NCBI RefSeq assembly: GCF_004010195.1
Contig: NC_057720.1
Span: 14,293,729-14,357,728, forward strand
From: Chiloscyllium plagiosum
Taxonomy: Eukaryota
Direction of reading: 5' to 3'
DNA length: 64,000 bases
The position numbers and the translations under genes were made by a program. Below are positions 13,150 to 25,203 of this stretch, one piece after another; the first letter of the stretch is position 1; every line of letters begins with the position of its first letter. The notes under the pieces were generated by a model. The model searched no databases, had not been told where the DNA came from, and saw nothing but the letters and a program-made list of their open reading frames with translations.

Positions 13150-13382
13150 ATAGAGTAATGATGACCACAAAACTATTAGTCTGATTCACTAACTTTTATT
13201 TTGTAGGAAGGCAATTGGCCATCCTTAACTGGTCTGGCCTACATGTGACTCCAGGATCCACAGCAATGTGAAGCTTAATTGTTCCCTGAAATGGCCAAGC
13301 AAGCCAATTGGTTGTATCAGAATGGTCAATAAATGCTGGCTTCCTCTGGGATGCCCCCATCTTGTGGATGAATTTAAAAAAC
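13150..13382 (+). mobile_element. DeuSINE (SacSINE1-like) fragment
   Basis: Deu-domain-like CCATCCTTAACTGGTCTGGCCTACATGTGACTCCAG..CCACAGCAATGTG with tail CAATAAATGCTGGC..GATGAATTTAAAAA. Confidence 0.7.
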
Positions 13383-14111
13383 ATGCATTCTAATAGTGTA
13401 AAAGTCCACATATGACTTAACAGTGAAAGAAATGAAAACTCTGAATCATCCTGTCAGACCCTTCTTGCACCAAGAGTCCCCACGCATACTCACACACTTC
13501 GAAGAAGTTTGCCTTTTTTTGCAGTTTTTTAAAATCTTTTGTCTATTTAAATCCAGTTTGCACCTGAAAATATTGTCTTGCATTTGACTGCAGACATCTC
13601 TGCACCTTAAGCTATTTCTGCTCTTTGACTCTTCTCAACCACTTGTGCCATTCTCCTGCCACTCCAGGTGTCCAGTTTTGTTCAGATGTCCACATTAATT
13701 CATTCTGTTTTTAACACACCTTCCATTCTGAAACTCCTGAGCTAATGGACTGCTGAAACAAAAGCATTCACACTCCTGGTCTCAATAACCCATGTTGCAG
13801 TGCTAAGTATCAAGAATACAATTGGACGGCAAACAATTTCAGCACTTCAACATCCTTTTTGCTGTGATGAACAGTTTGACGATTCCGATCTCTTATTTTC
13901 TCTCTCACTGAAATAACTCCACAAAGGCCAGTATCCTGTCATCACAACCTTGTTACAGTCACCGTACTCTCTCTCTCTCTGCTTTGCTCTCACCTTTGGT
14001 TTCCTGTTTGGCAGCTGATGGGCACTTTCAGTTCCCTTCCTCATAAAAAGCCTGGCTCCATTGTCAATCTTTCTGAGGTGGGTACATCTTGTTCCTCATG
14101 TCACCTTTTCT

Positions 14112-15932
14112 GCTTTTCGAGTTAAAAGGTGAGAAAAACACCTGGCCGAATCTCCCCGTTGCATCTTCAAATGCTCCTTATCAGTTAAGTGTGTTTCTTG
14201 TAACAAGGCTCCATTGACTCGCTCTTTTCTAAGGCTTGACAATATCTTTTTTCTCTTAAATGGTGAGTGACTCCCCTTAACATTCCAGGTGCACCATTTA
14301 AATGAATGGATAGCCATGATCGTCCGAAACAGTCTGAGAACCATCCCCCCCACCCCGGGAGGAAGAATCTCACTCATAGTGCGCGGAGTGAAAGCTTAAA
14401 AATGCAATTTCCAAAACTGCTTAATCAAAACTTCTAACAACTACTTCTACAACATAACAGCATATAACAGAACTGAAAGGAGACTTTTCCCCTTGTCCAC
14501 AGGGGGCGCTCATACCACCCATTAATCCCACCATGACTCCTTCTGGCTGAAGCCATGCCCCCGCCCCAGACAACACAGAGTAAGGGGAAAAAAAACAATA
14601 TCTTATGACAAGAAAGTTAAAAGTGGGCACCCAACCCATCCCTTCCATATGTAATCCTTGGCACTCCTGGTTAAACAACAAAAGAAAAACCTCACATCAC
14701 TTCCCACAACCACCCCTTCCCCCCATCCAAACAAAGGATGCAAGGAGGGGAAGAGAGGGGAGAGAGCACAAACCAACACAAAGGAAAAGAGATCATTATG
14801 ACCCCACGTATATTGAAAGGAAGACCAAGATCACCCTCCGACAACTAGGTAAACCAGGCAAATTACAGTAAAATACAGCAGAATAGAATAATTGTCCATA
14901 TAATCAGTCTATTTGCCTTTTCCAGAGAATCAAAGTTGAACATGGACCCTCTGTGGCTGAAACACAGTATCGTCAGATATCTAATGAATATTGGATATTC
15001 AGGTCTCTCAGCAGCCTTTTTACCTCATCAAAGGCCTTCCTCTTGTGAATCACGATAGGGGAAAAGTCCTGAAAAAGCATGATTCATAATTCTTTATACA
15101 CCATAGCCTGGGGATCCTTCCCCAGTGATCTAGAGGCTTTCAGCATCATTTGTTTGTCTGTGTCGTGCTAGAGTCACACTAGGACTGGGCAGGGGCACTA
15201 GTCCGATCCAGGCCTGCGCACTGCAACCTGGTGGGCCCACTCGACCCGCACCTGGCCTACCTCAGAGTCCAGCCTCAGCAGTTATGGGAGCCATTGTTCC
15301 AGAAAGCTGACAAGCTGGCCTTCTTCCTCCTGTTCGGGAAGCTCCAGCAACTGGATGTTCTGCTGATGACGTCGATTTTCGAGGTCGTCGATCTGCTCCT
15401 CCAAGGCCCGCACTCGGTGTTCCAGGGCCTGAACCTGGCCCGCTGAGGATTCGGCCGTGGTCTCGGAAGCCGTGGCCTGTTCCTCCGCCCTCCCCCGACA
15501 AGCTGCCCAATGTGCTGGATCTCCAGGTCATGCCGCTGCAGCATGATCAAGATCGATTCTAGCCTGGCCCGGATCTCTTCCATCAACAAGTCGATCTTCT
15601 CTTGGAGTTTTGAGAACTCCGAGCTCAGGCTCCGCTCTGCAGATGTGTTCTCCGGAGCAGTCAAAAAGGCCAACACCATGGCCACGGATGTGTCCGTTGG
15701 TGCAGGGAGGGGGTGGTTCCCGGCCTGATGCGAGCCCCGTTCTCCTTTCCCCTTAGTCATCTTTTAAACTGCACCAAACTGTTGAGAACTGGTGCTAAGT
15801 AGTTCCAACAGTCAGGAAATACCTATTTTCAATAAATTGGACAGTGAAGAGAGGGTGAGTGCCCCACTTTGTCTGGGCTCTGGTGTAGAGCTCAGCAACA
15901 CAGATCTGGGTCACCGCCATCTTGAATCTCCA
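14112..15932 (-). mobile_element. L1-clade LINE: 5' UTR, disrupted ORF1, inter-ORF region and start of the ORF2 endonuclease; 3'-truncated
   Basis: 5' end GGAGATTCAAGATGGCGG (YY1-type motif). ORF1 starts at 15760 with a coiled coil and ends with IMLFQDFS..KRKAFDEVK near 14900-15080. ORF2 reads TWNVKGSHSPFKRKKIL..LLQETHL. 16-bp TSD at 14096-14111 and 15933-15948 (1 mismatch). Confidence 0.92.
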
Positions 15933-16837
15933 TCATGACACCTTTTCTATCACGTTCTTGTCTTGGTGAAACAAGGGCTCTCCTTGTTACCTACATGCAG
16001 CAGCAATAATGTTAAATGGACCAAGTGTTTATGGAGAGATTGAGGTCTAAACAAAAATGAGACCCACACACTTGGCAACAGGCATGTGACATTTAAAGAG
16101 CTTCAGAGCTCTGTCAAGGTTGACACAGTAGAATTTACTGCTAGGACCTCAAGCAGGTCAGAGGGAGACTTCCACTAGACACTTTAGCTACTCTCTGGAT
16201 GACAGGGTAATACAAATGAAAACTGTCAAGAGTACGATAATCATATAAGCGCACAAAGAAAGTAAACAAAAACAATTGTTTTCTGCAGAAAGTTATTAAC
16301 TCAGGATATTAGGGAATGGATGCAGTTACCTTAATGGAGATTAGGACTCCGCAGCAGTTAATGCTTGATCTTAGAAAATGTATTGTCTATTTTAATCATG
16401 TCAAATTTAACTCATTTTATATAGATATCAATTACATTAATGGCCTTCTACATGCCTCAGGGATTCTGAAAACTTTGCCTTCCTTATCCCCAACTTGTCC
16501 TGTAAATGTTATTAAACTTCTACACTCAGCTGCAGCTCATTTTGTTTAATGGAGACCGGGTGCAGGTGAAACAGGACTGTGGGCCCAACATTAGTATGAT
16601 ATATGAACACTGATTTTACTCTAACACTGACGTCATTTTGAATATCGCAATGAATTGATGTTTGCATTCTCATTGTACATAGTTTACAGCCCACAACTAA
16701 ACCAGCAGCTTCCTTGCCAAGCCAGTATTGAAACAAAACTTTTTAAGGAATCAATGATTCTTTTTTGCCTCTGCAATTATTTTTGGGACTGTCATGCACT
16801 TGTGATTGTTTTAATTCTTAAATAGCTCCATGGAGGC

Positions 16838-17052
16838 TGTTATCCCATCACCAAGTCACCTCTTATTTGCTCGTATAGAGTCCTTTACACAGATCCAGCT
16901 CCCTCAGAGCCAACTCTCACAGTGAACAGAACCTCTGACACTCCTGTTTATATTTGTCAGCCAGGGCTCCCTGACTGGACCAGGTTAACAGCCCCATTCA
17001 GGGAACTCATATTCTATGAGGTCTACTCGGCTGACCACATTCCAATCGCTAC
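16838..17052. mobile_element. Probable solo Gypsy-type LTR
   Basis: TGT...ACA termini; shares GTCAGCCAGGGCTCCC..TGGACCAG.TTAACAGCCCC..TCAGGGAACTCATATTCTATGAGG with the LTR-like copies flanking the gag remnant at 58990-60345. Confidence 0.65.
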
Positions 17053-17349
17053 AAATACTGGATCTTTCCAGCAGATGTGGATCACACAAGTTCATTCACT
17101 CACTGCAGCACCACATTTGGTCCAGGCAATGTGCGAAAGGTGTCCCTGGCTGGGACAGGCTGCAGGCCGTGTTCTGACCAAGTTTCAGTGATTTCTCAAC
17201 GGGGGGAAGTACTCCATTTTGGCAAGGGTGCGAATCCGAGACTTCATACCACCCGGGTGATTTCCATGCCGGCTTGCAGCTCCGGATTTGGTCTTGGCGG
17301 TGTGCAAATGGTGTCTCCAGCTGGGGAAGTATTCAGGCCATGTCCTGAC

Positions 17350-17625
17350 TGAGTTTCAGTGATTCCCCAATGGGGGAGTCCGTAGGCGACCGTACGGACT
17401 GATGCAGCTACCGCAGGCTCTGTTACACTTGAGGCAGAAGGTGGTCCCAGGAAGGCGTGAGTGGGGCATTGGTGTGACCACGCATTCCTTTCACTCTTTC
17501 CTCCGGCTTCCATCGTTTCCTGATGGCAAGTCTCAAGGTGCTTGCTGCCTTCCCGGATGCTCCTCCTTTACTTTGGACGATCTTGGGCCAGTGATTCCCA
17601 GGTGCCTGTGGAATGCCGCAGTGAA
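17350..17625 (-). mobile_element. RTE-clade LINE 3' fragment
   Basis: Minus strand reads GTWESLAQDRPK*RRSIREG..HLETC and a C2H2-like FCLKCNRACGSCISPYGRLRT. Confidence 0.65.
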
Positions 17626-17939
17626 AATGTACATGAGATAGTATCCCCTGCTTTGGGGAGAAGAGCTCATTCCTTCCCACTGTGGTGAAGAGTGTGATTT
17701 CCAGTGCAGTTACATGGATATACTTAGATCAATGGAAGAACAAAAGACATACATTTACACATGACATTTCATCACCTCAGGCTGTTCCAAAGCATTTTAC
17801 AGCCAATGAAAAATACTTTTCAATTGAAGTCACTGTCGTGTTCAATTGTTCCATGTTTGTTTATTTGAGACTGTATACCATTGATGCTCACAGCCCTCGA
17901 TTACTTGAGCGTGAGTGTGGATTCAGAGAAAAGTAAACA

Positions 17940-18310
17940 GCATCAGCGGAACCTTCCCCTGCCACCGGAGGAACTGTAAAACCTGTGCCCACACCTCCTC
18001 CCTCATCTCTATCCAAGGCCCTAAAGGAGCCTTCCACATCCATCAAAGTTTTACCTGCACATCCACTAATATCATTTATTGTATCCGTTGCTCCCGATGT
18101 GGTCTCCTCTACATTGGGGAGACTGGACGCCTCCTAGCAGAGCGCTTTAGGGAACAAAGTGAGGACTGCAGGTGCTGGAGATCAGAGCTGAAAAGGTGTT
18201 GCTGGAAAAGTGCAGCAAGTCAGGCTGCATCCAAGGAGCAGGAGAATCGATGTTTCGGGCATGAGCCCTTCTTCAGGAATCTTCAGGATTTTCCAGCAAC
18301 ACATTTTCAA
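17940..18310 (+). mobile_element. Penelope-like element fragment: GIY-YIG endonuclease plus inverted family-A terminal repeat
   Basis: ORF 17915-18322 contains PCHRRNCKTC..FTCTSTNIIYCIRCSRCGLLYIGETGRLLAERFRE, directly followed by family-A sequence at 18157-18280. Confidence 0.92.
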
Positions 18311-18496
18311 CTTTCATTCTAGCTAATCAACTTTTCAAGAGCCCACACTGCTATTCAAGGCTGAGAGGTGTGCACAGGGAAATTGACCTCGTATCTCACC
18401 CTCATAGTGCATTAGCCTGTCAAGCGAAGCTGCCCAAAGTGCTGACTTACCTAGGTTAATTGCTGTTCTACAGGATGCTCAAACATTTCCGGGTAA

Positions 18497-18815
18497 TTGA
18501 CCAAGCATGTGGATGAGGGTAGAGCAGTGGATGTAGTATACATGGATTTTAGTATGGCATTTGATAAGGTTCCCCATGGTGGGATTGTGGGAAGTTTGGC
18601 CAGTTGGATAGAAAACTGGCTAACCGGTCGAAGTCAGAGAGTGGTGGTAGATGGTAAATATTCAGCCTGGAGCCCAGTTACAAGTGGAGTTCCACAGGGA
18701 TCAGTTCTGGGTCCTCTGCTGTTTGTAATTTTTATTAATGACTTGGAAGAGGGAGTCGAAGGGTGGGTCAGTAAATTTGCAGATGATACGAAGATTGGTG
18801 GAGTTGTGGATAGTG
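18497..18815 (+). mobile_element. CR1 reverse-transcriptase fragment
   Basis: [39 protein letters not shown]. Confidence 0.93.
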
Positions 18816-19335
18816 AGTGTCTAGTTTTTTCTGCAGGTCTAGTTTTTTCAATTTCTGTCACTGTCTAATATCTATACCTTGTTGCACTGTGTCTGTCCCT
18901 TTCACGGTCTGTTGCATGAGTGAGTGAAGACTTTTGGTTCAAAATTTCCCAATTGTTTTACAGAGTCTGTTGTGGCATCATTAACCATTTCTCTCAGCAT
19001 TCTGCGGCCGTTTTGCTCTGCTATTCTTTTGGCTATTGGGGTGTTAAGGGGAGGTTTGTATTGAAGTCATTTAGGTCGTACCTGCTTCCTTAGGCATTCG
19101 TGTAGCAAGTACAGCTGTTCGCGGCTGGCACTCTGTCGGATGGCATTCGTTTCCCATTTTTGGGCCAGTTTTAGCGTTCTGCGCCCATAGATCTTAGCAA
19201 GTTTTGAGTCCAGAGGCTCACTGAAGAGGTTACTTAGTACGGTGACGAAATGTCTGAAAATGAACATTCCAGCTCAGTGAGCAAACATACATCCAGAACC
19301 TAAACCTGAGCTACAAATCTTCTCAAAACTCGCTA
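18816..19335 (-). mobile_element. Penelope-like element N-terminal ORF fragment with opposite-strand terminal repeat
   Basis: ORF 19067-19267(-) reads KIYGRRTLKLAQKWE..LHECLRKQVRPK. Segment 19240-19333 (GACGAAATGTCTG..CCAGCTCAG..GAGCTACAAATCTTCTC) resembles the terminal repeat at 28025-28110. Confidence 0.7.
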
Positions 19336-19336
19336 A

Positions 19337-19692
19337 GTGTTTGGTGTGATTTTCTTTATTGGTCAGAGTATTGAGTACAGGAGTGGAGAGGTCATTTTTC
19401 AGCTATGCAGGACATTGATTAGGCCACTGTTGGAATATTGCATTCAATTCTGGTCTCCTTCCTATCGGAAAGATGTTGTGAAACTTGAAAGCGCTCAGAA
19501 AAAATTTACCAGGATGTTGCCAGGGTTGGAGGATTTGAGCTATAGGGAGAGGCTGAATAGGCTGGGGCTATTTTCCCTGGCGTGTCAGAGGGTGACAGAT
19601 GACCTTATAGGGCTAACAAAATTATGAGGAGCATGGATAGGATGAATAGACAAAGTCTTTTCCCTGGGGTTGGGGAGTCCAGAACTAGAGGG
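19337..19692 (+). mobile_element. CR1 ORF2 C-terminal fragment
   Basis: RTLIRPLLEYCIQFWSPSYRKDVVKLE..LEDLSYRERL. Confidence 0.9.
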
Positions 19693-20558
19693 CAGAGAGA
19701 GTAGGGCAGGGGTCTGAGAGAGTGGGTTAGGGTCTATGAGAGTCGGGTAGGGGGCTGAGAGAATTAGACAGTTTATACCAGACCCTTCAATGAGATATCC
19801 AGATATCTGCATTGTCACCACATCCACCTGCTTCTACTTCCATAACATCACCGTTCTCTGGCCTTGGCCTTGTCTCAGCTGTTCTGCTGCTGAAAGCCTA
19901 ATCCTTACATTTATTGTTTCTAGTCTTGACTAGTCCAAGTGAGCGTCCTTCACTCTTTACCCTCTGCAAATTTGAGGTCATTCAAAATACCACTGTCCAT
20001 ATTCTAACTTGCAAAAAAGTGCCATTCCCCAATTGTCCCTGACACCACTGACCCACACTGGTCCCTTGTTAAGCTGTGGTGGAGAGGATCGAGTGTTCCA
20101 TTCATCCAGAGAGCAATGCTCACCACCTGGTGGGAACACCCATGATGGTAAGGTCTAAAGGGAGGAAACAGACAATGCGCAATCCGAAATAAGTCCACGG
20201 AGATGGAGAAACATGGAGATTCAGCTGGAAAATATTCATGCAGCGTCAAAAGGGGCTAAAGGCTGTGGCTGTGCGGAATTTCCCAGTTGCCAAGGTTCCT
20301 TGCCACTGGAGGTACCTTCTGCCAAGCACTGACAATCCGCTGATGTGTGACAATATTCCCACACTAAAAGAATTCCCACACTAGGCACTTATCCTGGTGG
20401 AATTTCAAAGTATAAGGAACAATTCCACCTCACAGAAATACTGCCTAATGGAGTAGGTGAAGTTGCGGCTCTCGGATGAGGCTCATCATCCACACAGCGA
20501 CCCACAGAACCCATGCCCAGTGACAGGGAATTTCCTGGGTGGGCAATTGTTAGTGAGT

Positions 20559-20704
20559 AGGCAAAAGTGAGTACTGCACATGCTGGAGTTCAGAGTCAAG
20601 ATTAGAGTCAAGATTCTTGATGAACGGCTTTTGCCCGAAACGTCGATTTTCCTGCTCCTCGGATGCTGCCTGACTTGCTGCGCTTTTCCAGCACCACTCT
20701 AATC
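20559..20704. mobile_element. Penelope-derived family-A element with inverted head
   Basis: AAAGTGAGTACTGCACATGCTGG head, then TTGATGAACGGCTTTTGCCCGAAACGTC (mutated hammerhead core). Confidence 0.75.
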
Positions 20705-21177
20705 ATTAATCAGTGATTGCTGATGATGATAACGAGTCTTAAAATTCACATCCTTGCTTCACAATCTCTGCATGACCTTGTGCCTCCCTCCCAGAGAGGA
20801 AAATGAAACAGTAACCAATGAGTAATATTTTCGAAATGAATGCACTGTCTGCATTGAAATATAGAACTTGAGTCTGACAAGTATATGCATTATATTCCAG
20901 CTTCACTCGCTTCTTTTTCTGGGCTATACCTAATCTCCTTTAATCAGCCCCGAACCCTCTGAGATAACCTGTTTTTATCCTATTGAGCATCCACAATTTT
21001 ACTTGCTCTACCACTGAAGACCATGTCCTCAGCAGCTCATGCCTGAAGCTCTAAAATTTCCAAGTAAACATCCCTTCCTTCCTTCTCTTTAAAGACATCA
21101 ACCTACCACCTTGACCAAGCCTTTGGTCATCTATTAGCTCCTGAACCGATTCAGTGTCATCCTGTGTTTTCTATGGC

Positions 21178-21470
21178 TTTTTGTTTCGTGGCATGTGGGA
21201 GTCACCCATCCCTAATTACCCAGAGGGCAGTCAAAAGTCAAGCAGACTGCTGTGAGTCAGGAGTCACACGTAGGCCAGACCCGGTGAGAATGGCAGGTTT
21301 CCTTCCACACAGGCATTAGTGAACCCTGGATCCATGGCAAGCTTTCTAATTCTAGATTTTTATCAAATTCAAGTTTCTCCATTTGCCATGGTGGGATTTT
21401 AATTCCTGTCCCCAGAACATTAGCCTAGGTTTCTGGATTACTAAGCTAGAGACACTACTCCACTGCCTCC
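21178..21470 (-). mobile_element. DeuSINE (SacSINE1-like), decayed
   Basis: Reverse complement of the Deu-domain: GGAGTCACACGTAGGCCAGACC..GGCAGGTTTCCTTCC..CATTAGTGAACC. Confidence 0.65.
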
Positions 21471-21709
21471 CCATATGGGGGAAGTGATTTGGGACATTTT
21501 ATTAAATAAAAGCAAAATGCTGCAAATACTGGAAATCTGAAACAAACGCGGAGAATGCTGGAGAAACTCAGCATCTATGGCGAGATCAAAGTCCAGAATG
21601 ACTCTTTTTCAGAATTGGGATGCACACAATAGCTGGTATTTTACAGAGCGCTGATGGCCCTGACTACTAGCAGAAATGTTAGGAGCAATCCCACTTTGTT
21701 CACAGGTAA

Positions 21710-22640
21710 AGGGACGGCTGGAAAATGGGAAGCCTTCAGAAATTAGACAACGAGAATCCAGAGAAAATATATTCCTGTTAGGGTGAAAGGAAAGGCTGGT
21801 GGGTATAGGGAATGCTGGATGATGAAACAAATGAGGGTTTGGTCAAGAAAAAGAAGGAAGCATTTGTAAGGTATAAACAGGATACATCGAGTGAATCCTT
21901 AGAAGAGTATAAAGGAAGTAGGAGTATACTTAAGAGGGAAATCAGGAGGGAAAAAGGGTAAAGGTGGATAAATCCCCAGGACCTGATCAGGCGTACCCGA
22001 GAACTCTGTGGGAAGCTAGAGAAGTGATTGCTGGGCCTCTTGCTGAGATATTTGTATCATCGATAGTCACAGGTGAATGCCGGAAGATTGGAGGTTATCA
22101 AACGTGGTGCCACTGTTTAGGAAGGGTGGTAAGGACAAGCCAGGGAACTATAGACCAGTGAGCCTGACCTCAGTGGTGGGCAAGTTGTTGGAGGGAATCC
22201 TGAGGGAGAAGGATGTACATGTGTTTGGAAAGGCAAGGACTGATTAGGGAAAGTCAACATGGCTTTGTGTGTGTGAAATCATGTCTCACAAACTTGATTG
22301 AGTTTTTTGAGGAAGTAACAAAAAGGATTGATGAGGGCAGAGTGGTAGATGTAATCTATATGGACTTCAGTAAGGCATAAGATATGAAAGAGACCTACGG
22401 GGAAACCTTTTCACACAGAGGATGGTACATGTATGGAATGAGCTGCCAGAGGAAGTGGTGGAGGCTGGTACAATTGCAACATTTAAAAGGCATCTGGATG
22501 GGTATATGAATAGGAAGGGTTTGGAGGGATATGGGCCAGGTGCTGGCAGGTGGGACTAGATTGGGTTGGGATATCTGGTCGGCATAGACAGGTTGGACTG
22601 AAGGGTCTGTTTCCATGCTGTACACCTCTATGACTCTATG
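21710..22640 (+). mobile_element. CR1 LINE with internal deletions
   Basis: DKSPGPD..PRTLWE, PGNYRPVSLTSVVGK, QHGF, DFSKA, then a jump to FTQRMVHVWNELP and a (TATGACTC)n tail. Confidence 0.9.
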
Positions 22641-23651
22641 GCTAGTACTCATCGTCCTGATTGGAAGTTTATAAAAAATATTTTTGAATTAACCTGTTCA
22701 TATACGTTACAACATATCTTCAGAAGTAGGGACACCATCACTGCATCACATACTCCTTTACCAAGATCACATGTTGTTTAGTCAGATAATTGCTTGCATT
22801 CAGGGGTTGCACTCCTTAAGAGAGGATGTCCTGCCCACAAGGTGTTAACAAGATGGCAGCAGATAGGACTCCTCAGTTGGGGCTCATTCACTCCAACCGC
22901 TTTAGCTGGGGTCATTCTTTCTGTGGGCAGAGTCCTCTCGGAGTTACGGGGCAACTGATCAGGACAGACCCTGCTACCAAGTCCACATAGAAAAGTGCCC
23001 ACTGGCTGCTAGCAAAATACTGGTAATGCTAAGAGGTTTTTATTTGCCCGCCTAAGGACCTCAATCGGCTTCCGGGCAAGTGGGCAAGTGTTTGCCAACT
23101 TGCTCATTTCTGGTAAAATGCCAGAATCTCTCTGACTCAATTGCGCATGCCATGAAGTCATAGAGTCACAAAGACATACAGCACAGAAACAGACTCATCC
23201 ATGCGTACCAAATATTACTTGAATATTACAGGATGTAACATAAGATTCAATATGTCTCCATACAGCATATTGCACTCTAAGGTGGCTCAATAAAATTGCA
23301 ATTCACTTGATATTTATAATTCCTCTTTGCATTTGAAATTCTGCAATGTACAATGCTGCAAAGCAAAAGTTAGAAAGTGAGGTTAGTATAGATAATTCCT
23401 TTTTGGTTATGAAAGTCACGATAACTCCCTGATCTCCTCTGTGTGGTTTATATTTCAATGCACTTTGACCAGGTCAACACCATTCCTGATCTGGGACTTA
23501 CAAAATAAGTCCTCTACTCCAAACTCCATCATGGAGACCAGTTACCAGGACAGCAGTGAAAATGTCTCGCAGAAATCCTCAAAGTCTCCCTGAAATCATG
23601 AAATATCCCAAATGATATTATCCAAGTTTGCCCAAATGGAGAAGAAGCAAA

Positions 23652-24313
23652 GTCACAGAGCCATAGAGATGTAAAGCACAGAAAAAGACCCTTCAGCCCA
23701 ACCCGTCCATGCCGACCAGATATCCCAACCCAATCTAGTCCCACTGACAGCACCCGCCCCATATCCCTTCAAACTCTTACTATTCATATACCCATCCAGA
23801 TGCTTTTTAAATGTTGCAATCGTACCAGCCTCCGCCACTCCCTCTGGCAGCTCATTCCATACATGTACCACCCTCTGCATGAAAATGTTGCCCCTTAGGT
23901 CTCTTTTATATCTTTCCCCTCCCACCTAAACCTATGCCCCCTAGTTCTGGACTCCTCCACCCTAGGAAAAAGACTTCATCTATTTATCCTATCCATGCCC
24001 CTAATGATTTTGTAAATCTCTATAAGGTCACCCCTAAGCCTCCGAAGCTCCAGGGAAAACAGCGCTATCCCATTCAACCTCTCTCTATAGCTCAAATCCT
24101 CCAACCCTGGCAACATCCTTGTAAATCTTTTCTGAACCCTTTCAAGTTTCACAACATCCTTCCAATAGGAAAAGACCAGAACTGCATGCAATATTCCAAC
24201 AGTGGCCTAACCAATGTCCTGTACAGCCTCAACATGACCTCCCAACCCCTGTACTCAATACTCTGACCAATAAAGGAAAGCATACCAAATGCCTTCTTCA
24301 CTATCCTATCTAC
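23652..24313 (-). mobile_element. CR1 LINE 3' part
   Basis: Minus-strand ORFs 24149-24454, 23976-24191 and 23653-23925 encode the CR1 ORF2 C-terminus. Confidence 0.92.
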
Positions 24314-24454
24314 TAAGATTTCCAACAGGCCAAGTGCAGGCCATGTGCAAACAGTGAGAGGAGATTGTGGAAACCCAAGCATCTCAGCCACCTGCCTCTT
24401 GGAACACAACCCATCCTGTCGGTGGCACAGAGCACCAATCTGTTCAGTCGTCAC

Positions 24455-25203
24455 TATGTTGAGGTTGTACAGGACGTTGGTGAGGCCTTTTCTGGAATAC
24501 TTGGTCCAGTTCCGGTCACCATGTTATATAAGAAAAATATTATTAAGCCGGAACAGGTTCAGAAGAGATTTACCAAGATGTTGCTGGGAATAGACAGCTT
24601 GAGTTATAAGGAGAGGCTGGATAGTCTGGGACTTTATTCACTGGATCATAGAAGGTTGAGGGATGAACCTTATAGAGGTTTCTAAAATCATGAGGAGTAT
24701 AAATAAGGTGAAAGGCAGGTGTCTTTTCCCTAGAGTGGGAGATTTCAAGTGGGAGGGGCATATTTTTAAAGTGGCTGAGATGCTTGGGTTTCCACAATCT
24801 CCTCTCACTGTTTGCACATGGCCTGCACTTGGCCTGTTAGAAATCTTAAAGATGGAAGGTAGATTGGATAGTGAAGAAGGCATTTGGAATGCTTTCCTTT
24901 AGTGGTCAGAGTATTGAGTACAGACTTTGGGAGATCATATTGAGGCTGTACAGGGAAAGATTTAAAAAAGACATGAGGGGCAATGTCTTTACACAGAGAG
25001 TGGTTCATGTGTGGAATCAAATTCCAGAGGAAGTGATGGGTGTGGGTACAGTTACAGTGTTTAAAAAAATTAGGCAAGTAAATGAATAAGAAATGTTTGG
25101 AAGAATATGGGCCAACTACTTTAGTTTGGGATTATGATCATCATGGACTGGTTGGACCGAAGGGTCTGTTTCTGTGCTGTATGACTCTGTGACTCTCTGA
25201 CTC
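24455..25203 (+). mobile_element. Rearranged CR1 3' part (two out-of-order segments)
   Basis: LYRTLVRPFLEY.. at 24455-24770, then VKKAFGMLSF.. at 24859-24953 joined to ERFKKDMRGNVFTQRVV; GACTCTGT tail. Confidence 0.85.

Noticed and set aside
20090..20550. Possible Harbinger transposase remnant
   Set aside because: Only vague similarity on manual translation; no catalytic motif could be supported
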